A program made the position numbers and the translations under genes. DNA of 64,000 nt from Pecten maximus. Its lineage: Eukaryota. The notes under the pieces were generated by a model, which saw only the letters and a list, made by a program, of their open reading frames with translations, was not told where the DNA came from and made no database searches. Location: positions 16,864,001 through 16,928,000 of the forward strand of contig NC_047021.1 of NCBI RefSeq assembly GCF_902652985.1, given 5' to 3'. This document shows, piece after piece, positions 24,036 through 39,000 of this stretch (within the stretch, counting starts at the first letter, position 1; each line of letters starts with the position of its first letter).

Positions 24036-27000
24036 CTACAATATAGATTGGTATATAAACATGATGGATTTGTATTTTTCTCTTCGTTCACAGTTTTGTC
24101 TCCCGTTTTACTTATTCAAGATTTCATTGTCACCCCATACGGTCTGATTTCTCTGTCACCCCATACGGTCTGATCTCTCTGTCACCCCATACAGTCTGAT
24201 TTCTCTGTCACTCCATACGGTCTGATTTCTCTGTCACTCCATACGGTCTGATTTCTCTGTCACCCCATACAGTCTGATTTCTCTCACCCCATACGGTCTG
24301 ATTTCTCTGTCACCCCATACAGTCTGATTTCTCTCACCCCATACGGTCTGATCTCTCTGTCACCCCATACAGTCTGATTTCTCTCACCCCATACAGTCTG
24401 ATCTCTCTGTCACCCCATACGGTCTGATTTCTCTGTCACCCCATACGGTCTGATTTCTCTGTCACCCCATACGGTCTGATTTCTCTGTCACCCCATACGG
24501 TCTGATTGCTCTGTCACCCCATACGGTCTGATTTCTCTGTCACTCGATACGGTCTGATCGCTCTGTCACCCCATACGGTCTGATTTCTCTGTCACCCCAT
24601 ACGGTCTGATTTCTCTGTCACCCCATACGGTCTGATTTCTCTGTCACCCCATACGGTCTGATTTCTCTGTCACCCCATACGGTCTGATTTCTCTGTCACC
24701 CATACGGTCTGATTTCTCTGTCACCCCCATACGGTCTGATTTCTCTGTCATCCCCATACGGTCTGATTCTCTGTCATCCCATACGGTCTGATTTCTCTGT
24801 CACCCCATACGGTCTGATTTCTCGTCACCCCATACGGTCTGATTTCTCTGTCACCCATACGGTCTGATTTCTCTGTCACCCCATACGGTCTGATTTCTCT
24901 GTCACCCCATACGGTCTGATTTCTCTGTCACCCCATACGGTCTGATTTCTCTGTCACCCCATACGGTCTGATTTCTCTGTCACCCCATACGGTCTGATTT
25001 CTCTGTCACTCCATACGGTCTGATTTCTCTGTCACCCCATACGGTCTGATTTCTCTGTCACCCCATACGGTCTGATTTCTCTGTCACCCCATACGGTCTG
25101 ATTTCTCTGTCACCCCATACGGTCTGATTTCTCTGTCACCCATACGGTCCTGATCGCTCTGTCACCCCATACGGTCTGATTTCTCTGTCACCCCATACAG
25201 TCTGATTTCTCTGTCACCCCATACGGTCTGATTTCTCTGTCACCCCATACGGTCTGATTTCTCTGTCACCCCATACGGTCTGATTTCTCTGTCACCCCAT
25301 ACGGTATGATTTCTCTGTCACCCCATACGGTCTGATTTCTCTCACCCCATACGGTCTGATTTCTCTGTCACCCCATACAGTATGATTTCTCTGTCACCCA
25401 ATACGGTCTGATCGCTCTGTCACCCCAAACGGTCTGATTTCTCTGTCACCCCATACAGTCTGATTTCTCTGTCACCCATACAGTCTGATTTCTCTGTCAC
25501 CCAATACGGTCTGATTTCTCTGTCACCCCAAACGGTCTGATTTCTCTGTCACCCCATACGGTCTGATTTCTCTGTCACCCCATACGGTCTGATTTCTCTG
25601 TCACCTCATACGGTCTGATTGCTCTGTCACCCCATACGGTCTGATTTCTCTGTCACCCCATACGGTCTGATTTCTCTGTCACCCCATACGGTCTGATTTC
25701 TCTGTCACCCCATACGGTCTGATTTCTCTGTCACCCCATACGGTCTGATTTCTCTGTCACCCCATACGGTCTGATTTCTCTGTCACCCCATACGGTCTGA
25801 TTTCTCTGTCACCCCATACGGTATGATTTCTCTGTCACCCCATACGGTCTGATTTCTCTGTCACCCCATACGGTCTGATTTCTCTGTCACCCCATACGGT
25901 CTGATTTCTCTGTCACCCCATACGGTCTGATTTCTCTGTCACTCCATACGGTCCGATTCGCCTCTGTCCACCACATACGGTCTGATGTCTCTGTCACCCA
26001 TACAGGTCTGATTTCTCTGTCACCCCCATACAGGTCTAGATTTCTCGTCACCCCATTACGGTCTGATTTCTCTGTCACCCCCAAACGGCTGATTTCTCTG
26101 TCCACCCCATACTGTTATGATTTCTGTCACCTCTACGGGTTGATTTCTCTCACCCAATACGGTTGATTTCTTCTTCTCACCCCATACGGTCATGATTTTC
26201 TCTGTCACCCAATACGGCCTGATCGATCTTCACCCAAACGGTATGATTTCTCTGTCCAACCCCTACGTATGATTTCTTGTCACCCCAAACGGTTGATTGC
26301 TCTGTAACCCCATACGTCAGATTTTCTGTCACTCGATACGGGTCTGATCGATCTGTCAACCCATTACGGTCTGATTTCTCGTCACCCCATACGGTCTGAT
26401 TTCTCTGTCACTCTCATTACGGTCTATTCTTCTGTCACTCCATACGGTCTGATTTCTCTGTCACCCCATACGGTCTGATTTCTCTCACCCCATACGGTCT
26501 GATTTCTCTGTCACCCCATACGGTCTGATTTCTCTGTCACCCCATACGGTCTGATTTCTCTGTCACCCCATACGGTCTGATTTCTCTGTCACCCCATACG
26601 GTCTGATTTCTCTGTCACCCCATACGGTCTGATTTCTCTGTCACTCCATACGGTCTGATTTCTCTGTCACCCCATACGGCCTAATTTCTCTGTCACCCCA
26701 TACGGTCTGATTTCTCTGTCACTCGATACGATCTGATTGCTCTGTCACCCCATACGATCTGATTGCTCTGTCACCCCATACGGTCTGATTTCTCTCACCC
26801 CATACGGTCTGATTTCTCTGTCACCCCATACGGTCTGATTTCTCTGTCACCCCATACGGTCTGATTTCTCTGTCACCCCATACGGTCAGATTTCTCTGTC
26901 ACCCCATACGGTCTGATTTCTCTGTCACCCCAAACGGTCAGATTTCTCTGTCACCCCATACGGTCTGATTTCTCTGTCACTCGATACGGTCTGATTTCTC

Positions 27001-30000
27001 TGTCACCCCATACGGTCTGATTTCTCTGTCCCCCCATACGGTCAGATTTCTCTGTCCCCCCATACGGTCTGATTTCTCTGTCACCCCATACAGTCTGATT
27101 TCTCTGTCACCCCATACGGTCTGATTTCTCTGTCACCCCATACGGTCTGATTTCTCTGTCACCCCATACGGTCTGATTGCTCTGTCACCCCATACGGTCT
27201 GATTTCTCTGTCACCCCATATGGTCTGATGTCTCTGTCACCCCATACAGTCTGATTTCTCTGTCACCCCATACGGTCTGATTTCTCTGTCACCCATACGG
27301 TATGATTTCTCTGTCACCCCATACGGTCTGATTGCTCTGTCATCACCTAATATGTGACACATAGTACATTTTGGTAACCATACAATAACTTATCGGAAAC
27401 AATTTAATCACGTCAGGTAAACATTGTGCTGCATTACAATATATGAACAACTGAACCCTGGTTAGATTGATAGTATAAGTACCCTCTACATCGAGAAGGT
27501 GACAGAAAGATCTCAAAATCTCATAGGAGAGAAATATCAGGTCTGGCAACTAAGAGCATCCTCGAGTTGGAGATTTCTGTCACACCCTCAAGATAGGAGT
27601 AGATTCTAAACACTGGTTGTCGGCTAGAAATTTCACCTCTAGATAGGCATTGCCTTTGATAAACTTCATATTTCATATTGACTATTAAAAGTTATTAAAA
27701 TACATTTTATCGAATCAGGACCCCATCAAGTAAGTATTTACTAGTTTAAGGTTATAAAGGGTTATACAATATTGACAAACCTTTCCCATTAATCTGACGA
27801 GCATATCATTATTGAGGTATTCCTGGTAGAATTTCTTATTAATCATCATAACCTCCACGCCATTGCTGACGAGGCTGAATCCAGGCTGGTTGTCAAAAAC
27901 TAGTTCTTCTATTCCCTGTAAACAGTAACGGTTCATTGACAGACACGGTGACAATTTATGTATTTCGAGAAATATAGAAAAATCAGATACTATTCAATTA
28001 TTACATGAATTCATGAATAGCATACCTCAGCCAGAGTAGTTAGTTCATTTGCTGTATAAAATTATTTTTATTTACTTATTCTTGTTGATAAAAATAAAAA
28101 TGAACACAAATTGGCATCGCTGTAAGGACACTTACAAATGACATTCCTTTCTGAAGGACTCGAACTTCAATAAACGTCGGCGGGTCTTCTTGTGGCGCCG
28201 GGGGCATACTCTAAAAAAACAATCCGATAGCAGATGTATGGTATGTTACTTCACATCATTATAATTATGGATAAAGACAATGAGGAGAGTTTATTGACAC
28301 ATGATAGTGTCATAGGACTGAAATGTAAAAGCACAATGAAGAGGAACTTTGTCAGGAAAGTCGGATGCCTAGGAAGACGTCGAAAGGAGCTAACATAAAA
28401 AAGTAAACATTGAAAAACAACATATCCGGGATACAATAGATAGACGTTATTTGTTAAACACATCCGAGGAGTTCCGATTGACATACCTCCGGTGTATCCG
28501 AACGGATGGTCACTTGTTTCCTCCTCCACTCCAGCTCGGTCTCAAAATCGTCTGCATATGTGGTTGTAGACGAAGGGCGGTTACCTTAGATTTTTGTACA
28601 AGAATATCATATTATTCCCAGTTGTATAACCGACAATTTATTAACTACTACTTCAATATCGATTGAATTATTCCTTATTTGTGGAGAAATGAATAAGAAA
28701 GGCTATACATTGATGCCAATAGAAAGATATGAATGGTGGTAAACAGCTTCGACAGCCGAGCTAATATGACGCAAGGAACACTTCAGTCATATACACTCAT
28801 GTTATTTTGACTAAAATATCTTTAACTTTAGGTAAATCAGATCTAGTGTTGTACAAGTGTAATTACCGTCCTCGGAAATTAGTTGTTTAGGCTTTAGGTA
28901 AGGGCCCTGTAATAAATAAGAAAAAGCATTTTCAATTGCTTCATAACTGTATTACTTTTTTGTGATTCGATTTCAATAAAAGTCCCTCGTGAAAAACATT
29001 TTAACGCAATAAATTAATAATTAAGTGCATGAAAATAATTTCATTTTTTGTATGGGTTTAGAGAATATATTCATTGTTATCAAGAACACAAAAATTACTT
29101 TTGGAAATATTTCGGTTATAGTTTACATGATGTTTACCTTTGCGACTAAATTGTGCAGGTTAGCGATGGATTTTTTCCGGAAATTTTTGACCTCCTCCTG
29201 AGCATGTTCTCTATACTTAGATTCAGCCTCAGTCACAACGGACTCGGTGTCCCCACCGTGCATAGACATTGCTCCTAAGTTCCCTATCGCTCGCGTGATG
29301 CTGTTCTGGTTTATATGCTGGAAATGTAAAGAAGAAAATGTCTAGTGACAGTGCACCCTATCGCAAGCTCATTTGGAAACTTCAGTTTTAAGGAATACGC
29401 ATTCGATATAGGCACTTATAGTTCAATTATGCTATGATTATTTATTCGGCAATATATATATCTATATATTTATCAAAAATATGAAATAATTATCATAATT
29501 TCCAACAATTGTTGAATATATGATAAAAAATAAATGATTTATTAGTGTAATAGTAATTACCAATTATTTACCTCAAAGTGTAATTTCCTCAGTTCTTGAT
29601 AGGCAGCATTGGTAGCAATGTTTATTTCCGGAAGTGCATAAAAGCGGAAGTAGAGATTTTTCTGCTCGAGTCGTTTGATTTCGTCTTCCCGTAGCAGAGT
29701 TATCTGATCTTCATGTGATATGACTTTATCATTCTTTGCCGCCTCCACCACTGAAGGCCAAGCAAACATTGTATACTTTTATGACTAATTCACCTATAAA
29801 CCACCGTTAGGGATTACATTCACGCTGTCCTCAATTCAACCAATGAATACACAACCAATGAGTACACAACCAATGAGTACACAACCAATGAGTACACAAC
29901 CAATGAGTACACAACCAATGAGTACATAGCATAAAAAGATATACAATCCAATGTAGCTTTACAAAGAAATTGTACATTTGTAACATATATACTAACACTA

Positions 30001-33000
30001 TTTAAGGTACCATGAAACAATCTCCTACAAAACGTCGTCATTAACGAACATGTAAATATGAAAATGACTTACATTTATCTCTATACTCCAACGGTCGAGT
30101 AGGCCTTTTGAACTTTTTTGCATCCACGTGTTCCAACTTCTTGAATATGCTGCAGCTTCCCTAAAATTCGAGGTGTGGTGTCATCAATGGAGACTGTATC
30201 ACTTTGTTATATATAGACATTGGATGAAGTGTTTATGGTAGTGTATAACTAGAAGGTTTTGATAATGACCAAAGTGGGAATCGAAATAATAATGGTTGAT
30301 AAATTTGCATAGTTATCTACAGACGATAAATGTTTCATTACTGGGACACGTTGATGAACTGTTAACTTCGTGGCGTATCCAGAATATCTCAAAACACCAG
30401 TATTCATGTCGCCGTTGATAATGGAATCATACGCAATAAAACTGACGTCACAAAATGTTATTGACTGCATGTCAGGTCAAAATAAGTTAATATTGGCCCC
30501 ACAGATAATACCTCGAACAGTAACACTTACCTATGTATTGTGTTTGTTATATATAAACCAAACTTACCGACTTGACCACAAACAACCACTCGCTATGTTT
30601 ACTGTCAGGTACAAGGATGGTCCCTCTCCTGGAATGTAAGCCATAATGGTCATCATAAATTCTTCGTTACAAACACTTGTTTTAATATATGGGATATCAT
30701 GTTGTTCTGATATGTGTATAGGAACATTGTGTTGCCCATTTATAGTTAGAACACACTATGTACAAAATTAAGTTATGTCCAATTAGTGAACCAAACTCAA
30801 TTCAATATGTACATAAACGTTTCTTACTGTTGGCTTAATAAATAACACTACAAGTAGAATATTCCCAGATAAGAATATGATGGTAACCCTAAAAAACGTT
30901 CCATAGTCCCTATTCTAAAATCACGTAAATCATCCCCGCTCCCTGTTATTTGCGATATACAGTTTTTACATATTTTGAATTGATTTCCAATGCATATGTA
31001 TATGTTAATTCCAACTTGTTGAAATATAAGTGACTAATTACCATAGCAACAAATTTTTTGAGGAAAAAAGTTGCAGGGACAATGATCTATTTGTGTGAAG
31101 TTTTAATGGAATCGGATCACCAGTGAAGGACGAGTTGTCCAGAAAATATTTCTACGGACGGACAAACAGACAGACAAGCTAATTTCAATATACAATATTA
31201 TAATTAGCTGGTTCTTGTTTATAATGTGGTAAGCAATAGTTCAAGGTCAGCAAAGTTTCGTACTTAAAATAACTAAGTATTGCTTTCTTCGGGTGTTCTG
31301 CTAGTTTTTCCATCGGCCAATCTTCCAGAAATGGGATAGATCTGAAAAAATACAAAAAGAAAGAAAATGATGTATATGGGCATATGGCTTGAAATTGATG
31401 TAGTAATTCGATGTGGACACATGTCTATAGTAGCGAAAATCAAACGTCTATTTGGTTCATACCAATACCTAAGGAAGGGATCGTTAGGATCTCTTAGGCC
31501 GCCAGACATGAAGATATCCACAAAATCCTAAAAGAAAAATATAAAAACAATATATAAAGCAATATCAATCCTGATGTGAAACTGTGATGCATTGTACAGT
31601 AACCTAATGTTTTGAGAGAAATATATCTGAGCCATTGGATCCTTACTCGCACATTTAAAAAAACGTTATATCTCTTAGTAATGTGGTACGTCAGCAGTGT
31701 AACAGACTCTGTTTTTTGTTTATCGTTTGAATTTTTCGATGTTCTTGTTGTTGCTATTGTTATTATTATTATTTTTTTTAATTATTTTTTGGTGAGGGGA
31801 TGTGTGTGTGTGTTTTCGTTTGTTTGGGGTTTTTTCAGGCAGCGACAAGTCCAAACAACAGGCGCCTATATTTACCGTGTCACCCATGACAAGCAGTTCT
31901 ATCTGTTCACGTGATATGACCGTAGTTTGACGTAAGGACTGTGTCATTATCGCCTGCTCCCCGAAGCTGTCTCCTCGGTTCAGAAAAAGTACGGTCTTTG
32001 CCTGTTTGGTTTTAGTGTCCATCATTGAGACGACAGCTGTAAACACAAACCAAAACACTCATTCTCGGTAAACACAAACCAAAAAACTCATTCTCGGTAA
32101 GATACTTCATGTTGGAAAATATACTTTATAATCCCGTTTATCCTATTATTCGATGTTAAAACAGCATATATCTATTCGAAAAATACATCAAAATTTTATG
32201 CAGGAATAATTATCATGCTGCATCATAATTTCATAAATAATGAAGGAAAAAATAGTTCTCAAACGTGACGTTATTGATTTACCGAGCCACGTTATCATCA
32301 TTACCTTGTGAGATAAGAAGAATGTTAAAGTAATAAGAATCTCGAAACATGCTTAGTCTCTACAGAATACAGGCTATCATCGAAATATGCTTAGTTTGTA
32401 CAGAATACAGGCTATCATCGAAATATGCTTAGTTTGTACAGAATACAGGCTATCATCGAAATATGCTTAGTTTGTACAGAATACAGGCTATCATCGAAAT
32501 ATGCTTAGTTTGTACAGAATACAGGCTATCATCGAAATATGCTTAGTTTGTACAGAATACAGGCTATCATCGAAACATGCTTAGTCTCTACAGAATACAG
32601 GCTATCATCGAAACATGCTTAGTTTGTACAGAATACAGGCTATCATCGAAATATGCTTAGTTTGTACAGAATACAGGCTATCATCGAAACATGCTTAGTC
32701 TCTACAGAATACAGGCTATCATCGAAATATGCTTAGTTTGTACAGAATAAGGACTATTAGCGAAATTGCTATTGAATGTGAGAAAAAAAGAAATGAATGA
32801 CGTGTGCAAGCCCTCCTGTGAGAGGATATATTTGTAATATAATACAGATGTAACATGTTTTGCCTGAATAAAGACATTAATAAAAAAAAATTGCTATTGA
32901 ATTAAAGTCGGGGGGGGGTCAGTAATTTCAGGTAAGTGTCATTACTTTTTTTTTAAGTGGATATGTTGCCATATTGCCAAGAATATCTTGCAATATTTTT

Positions 33001-36000
33001 ATTATAACGATTTTTGTGACTATCAGTACAATATAACACTGATTTGTAATCTGTATGAAATCTTGGCCGAGTTGTTCTCCGGGGAATGACTGTCATAGGT
33101 CTTCAACACTTCTATCCATGTAATTACAACTCAAGAGGGGCAAATCGATGGTGCTTAACGCAGAACGATCAAAACGAAGCATTCTCTAGTATATTGGTTA
33201 AATCGCATTAAAGGAACATCAGCCGACATCCAAGAAGATAGTCTGTAATGCGCATGCAAGATGAATGGAATACAGGGTATTTTCTATATGGGAGTCGTAT
33301 TGCCGTAGAAACGTGTGTCCAATGTTTGTGTATGTAGAACGAAAACACGTTATGTAAAGGTACCCAGACATATTTAGGTACATGTCAATTGACACGAGAG
33401 AGCGTTTTCTACACAGACACAATACATAGAACAATTCTTTAATTGTCTAGCTTTGTATCATTGAATGGTTTCCTTCCATAGTGTTACACTTCTTATTAAA
33501 ACATTATGGGTACGGAGGTAGCACACTACAGTAGGACACACCCTGGCCATGGGCGATTTATTTGTTAAGCAAATAACTCCTGTATTATGATATGCATAAA
33601 AAAATGAAAAAATAAACGTACACTATAACTGGTATATTCAGTATGAAGTAGTACATACAGGCTTCACATTTGTCAAAAAAAAAAGTTAATAAATTGGTTC
33701 CGGATTTTCCGAAAGTGTGTTTACACAGGAAATTTAGTTTTGCCTACAGCGAAAAATGGAGGCTCATAATCAAGGTTGGAGAGCGGGAACACTTAATTTA
33801 CAACATATGACAAAACAAGATAAATTCTGTCTTTGGGATAGAGATATTTAATTTCAAATTCGTTTCAGAAAAAATATTGTGTAGAGAATTGTCATTTTGG
33901 ATCAAATATCATAATATTTTGCAATTTTTGAGCAATTTTTAAGCTGTTACCATGGTATTCACAGCTGTAAAAATCACAGAAAAAAAGTAATTAACAAAGT
34001 GAAACGGACATATGTTGACCATCCATGGTCACTCTTCTTTTAATGACGTCATTTGATAAGCATGTGCGCCAGCCACTGTATTTGACGTCAATGATAGTCG
34101 CATGCCGTTTAATTAAAGAGGCTTGCCCGCAGAGAGATCAGAAAAATTGGCTAATAGAAAAAGATTTTTTACACATGACAGATTGTTGGAATTGTTGAGT
34201 TTTTCATTTTATTTTCCTTATAAAACGCTGAAAAGTGATATTAAAACTTCATTTTTAAATATTATTTATTTAATCGCAACCCGCAATAAGTCTAATTTGA
34301 TTGACACATCAAAGAAACAAGCACGTGCACAGTGCCGCACAGTGATAACTTCAAAGGCAGCGGCGATTTACAAAGAAGATTTGCCGTTATATTCCATACA
34401 TTTCCCTCTCAGGTTGAGTTTTAAAACGTCTTTTAAATACATATTCTGTAATTGTTTTCAAGAAATAAAGTCGGAAAGCCTCTAATTTTGTCACATAGAC
34501 TGAAGTTTATTTAGTGATCGGAGATGTGCCGTTTACCGGTCCGTCTGCGGGTAAGCCTCTTTAATCAATTATTAGCTAATTAACTTATAGTCATTCAACA
34601 ATCCATTGTTTTGCTCTGTCCCAAATGATACGCTGAAGCCCTTTTCTACCACTTATGAAACAAAACATTCGGTCATCAGTGCTCGGCCATAAGTGCTGAC
34701 GATATTATTTGTGGTAAAGTCGCCGTTTCTACAATTACCTGCTCCTGTCAGAATGAAGTAAAAGCCACGAGCTATGTGTCCCTCTCTTACTATCACTCGT
34801 TTAGCGCTGTATCTGTTTAAAAATGAGGTACATCATAATAGGTGTATTTTTCCTTGCAAAATATTTGCCTTATATATTACATACATAGTAATTTCTATTT
34901 CACAATACATGTAGGTCTGTTTTCCAGTGAATTCGTCTCTGTTTTTCATTGTCATCAGAAATCTATTGTGACGTCATAAATTGGAATGGCGCAACAAAAC
35001 GACTCTCTCCGCTTCATTTTGTCCTCCACTTAAAGCCTGTCACAATGTAAGTTGTCTGTCTTATGTAATTAAAGGTATTTTAAATTTGTTTATGTTTCAT
35101 ATCATTTGATGAAAGTCGTCTCGAAGTTTTAATTTTTTGCTCGCCAAGGCTCACAAAAATAAAAACTTCAAAGACTCGTATCATAAAACCAAATATGAAA
35201 TAAAAAGATTTTAGATAATATATATATAATGACTATGGCATAACATAAAAACAATTTAATAATTTCAAAGAATTCAAAATTTCGACTTGATGAATCGAGG
35301 CCAATTCGGGAATTGTACTGGCAATTTATAGCCTTCTAATCACACACATTAGAGACAGGTGATCACATGTAATGATCTTAGATTGTGATAATCTTATCAA
35401 CATTTAATTGTATGATCCAATGTAGTATATATTTGTTATTTACAAATAAAACTCACGATTCCAGCCAGGCTCTCTGAGCGATGAGTTTTTGCATCCTGAC
35501 AGGGTACTCTGCTATAGATTTGTAGTTCCTCAGCGCCGTCTGTAACTGTAGAAATAGACAAACCATTGTACCACAATATCAAAATTAAATATCACGTCCT
35601 TTTAGCAATTATACAAACCTTTCTAACACAGACATAACGAAAACCGAGTCTTCAAAATAGATGACCATTATAGGCTAAATGGAACCGAAAAACACATCAC
35701 TGAGCCAGAATGTTTAATCGCAGAACAACTGTTGACTATTCATAATTTTAAATCTATTTTAAATCTACACATCTAGTAAGACGTACAATGCGTAACGGGT
35801 AGAATTACAGATACTAGTATTAACAGCTATTTCATCATAATGTCTGTTGAATACGAGGTTTAAGTCAGTTACAGCACCCGGACAAGACAATCCCATTGGG
35901 CGACTAAACAATTTATTTAAGAAATAATTAACGATGATTCGTGTATTATTGCAGGATATACAACGAGGACGAGGATATTTTGCAATTAAATTAATAACGA

Positions 36001-39000
36001 AGGCCGCAGGCCTGAGTTATTAATTAGAATTGCAAAATATCCGAGTCCGAGTTGTATATCCTGCAACAATACACGAGTCAAAGTTGATTATTTATATTCT
36101 ACCATGTACTGTTTAGTTCTGAGATCGACCTCTTTCTAATAGAAAAACAGCAAAGAAACCCCGGGAAAACTTTGTAATTTATTTCTTGAGTATTGTATTA
36201 TTGGTTGATGAAATATACATGCAATACAGTACTACGATCAAGAGCATCTATCATATGGCATTGATTTTGAAAATTAAAAAAAAAGGGATAAAAAAAAAGG
36301 GGGGGGGGGGGGGGGGGGGGGGGGGGGGCTTCCGTAGGATTTGAACTCGCGTCGTGATAAAGATATATCGAAAGACTAACCCATTAGCCCTATCGGCTAT
36401 AGTAACCTTTTATGAAACGGGTGAATATTAGATATTTAAAATTGTAACAGCCGTGACTCACGACCGTGTATTATTGGCACGAGCGTGGGTTATTGGAAAA
36501 TAATACATGGTTTTAAACCAATCAAAACTGGCGTTACATAGCAAACATGGTAGAATAGTGCTTAAAGTATCAATTAGGGCAAGCATCTGATCTCTTTTCA
36601 GCGCGACGACTTGCTTAAATTATCCAAAAACAATTTTTTTTAATCATTCGATTGTAACTTACGTAGTGAATCTCCTCTTCTGTCCTTTCTTTGGGTCGTT
36701 TTTCAAGTATCCTTCTTGTTTCATTAGACACGCTAGCCTGGTAAGTAAAATCATCGAAAGTCAAGCTAAAATGGTAACATAATTTATTACGTAATTATAT
36801 TTTAGATATATTCGTATTTACCTAAATTATGTCACGTGATTCCGCCTAAAAATTAATATATTGATTCGCCATACAAAAATAATGGTAAAAAGCTGATCAT
36901 CTGTTAATTCTGACCATTATACGAATTGTCTGCCATTGACCTTTTTCAAAATGTGTCCAAATGTTTTAGAGAAAGTATGTTATTTACGAAAGAGTTAGGA
37001 ATGAATTTAAGATGAATAATTCCATTGTTATATCTTATCTAATGGCATGTCAAGATACAATTTCAGACATAAATACCTTTTCATATCACAGTCTGATGAA
37101 AAAATAATCAGGTGCTGTGTTTATGATGGTCTATTCTATTGATCCATATAATTTGGACTTATTATATTATTGTTACCTGTTTTGAAGCTTTGTAGTCGGT
37201 AATGTCAAAAAGTAGATTGGAAGCCCCCGCTGAATTTGTCATGGCATCCAAAGTGTCAAAATGTCCCAGGATTTCACCCACGCTGAAATCGTAAAAAAAA
37301 GACTTTTACCCACTCAGTATCACGGATAAAAAACTTTACATCCGTGCATTCACAGGCATTTGTCGTTTTATACTGAATAAATATAAACAATTAGAAATAT
37401 TACAAACGCCTGTGATGCGTCGTACGTTATAGGAACCAAAAGGATTGGGAAAATACAAGATACTATAGCTTCATATCAATCTCATCAACTTCGAAACAAG
37501 TGAATGTAAGGTAATGTCACTATTTTTGTGAACAAAGGAAATTATAGAAGAAATACATACAGTATGTTTTATGTCGCATTGAAACCAAGCATTGATGCTG
37601 AGAATAAACCTAGTGCGAGAAAAAAAAAGAAACAAACAAACAAACAAACAAAAAAAAAAAAAAAGAACAAAAAAACGAAAAAATTAAAAATTAAAAACTT
37701 CGAAACAAGTAAAATAGAACAAAAATAGCATCATGAAGAACAGATACCTAAACACCGATACAATTATATTTTGTATATTACCCGTAATAGGAAGGAACTC
37801 GTCACACACGATATGTAGCACGTAGGTAGGTCACGGATAAACGAACCAGGGACTAATCGGTACAGGATTCATCTCATCGAAATCAATGATATTATTGTAT
37901 TTCCAATTCGTTATCTGAAATTATTGTGATTAAATATCACATATATTATTGTGATTAAATATCACATTATCCAAAGTACGACCAGTGAAATACTTTCTCA
38001 TGTCACATATACAGTTACTTACGACTGGGAGTGAATTCTCCAGGCTCTCAGTAACACGACCAAAAATTTGGCTAGACGTCGAAACCTCTGGAATGGCCTT
38101 CCCTGGAAGTTTAACGAACTGATCAATTAAAAACAGTATTCGATATATGTATCTAAAAGAAGAATGGGCAAGACACATTATCAGAGTATTTAATCTTATC
38201 TCAGCTTTCATCACTGCCGATTAGATTGAAGTGTGCCTATATCCTGTGTGGCGTTTGTACAATCCGTTCACTAATCAGACATTATGTGGCTGTTAACCCG
38301 TGTAGCTAAAAGAGCCAAAGACTAACCACTGAAACGAGCCGTAAATCCTCAGTTAGGACAAAACCAACACAAAAACAAAACCAAACAAAAAAACAAAACA
38401 AAAAAACAACAAACAAACAAAAAAGCAAACAAAAAAACAGCGCGACTGGAGAAATTCAACCAAGCAAATCGACGTGCATGTAAAGGTAGCATTAATAAAT
38501 AAAAGTCAAAAATGCAATTTGTGCCGCCTATGGAACCCTTGAGAAGGTTTCCTGTCACCACATGTGGAACCTGTCAGAACGTTTCCTATCAATACATGCT
38601 CAACCCGTCCAAACGTTTTCTCTCACAACATGGAGAGCATGTCTGAACGTTCCCTGTCACCACATGTGGAACCCGTCATACACTCCATGTCACCACATGA
38701 GCAACCTGTCAAGACGCTTCCTGTCAGCACATGTGGAACCAGTCATAACGTTCCCTATCACTACATGTGCAACCTGTCAAACGCTTCCTATCAACACATG
38801 TAAAACCAGTCATAACGTTCCCTGTCACCACATGTCAGCCATTTCCTGTAACCATATGTGGCACCCGCTGCTGTCAAACAATACTGCACTAACATAAATA
38901 TATCGCCTTAGCATGATTACTTAAGGAGTTCTCTTAGCATCAGTGTTTGATGAAAGATTTTTTTCTTAATTTCAACATTGGATAAAATTAAGGTGTGAAA

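Noticed and set aside
27344-27640. Possible extra CNBD2-like exon
   Set aside because: No convincing family-like peptide; exon 17 joins 24035 directly in frame.
29751-29793. Alternative upstream acceptor (tatag|GT at 29793) for CNBD2-like exon 12
   Set aside because: In the required phase it reaches a TGA after about 20 codons.
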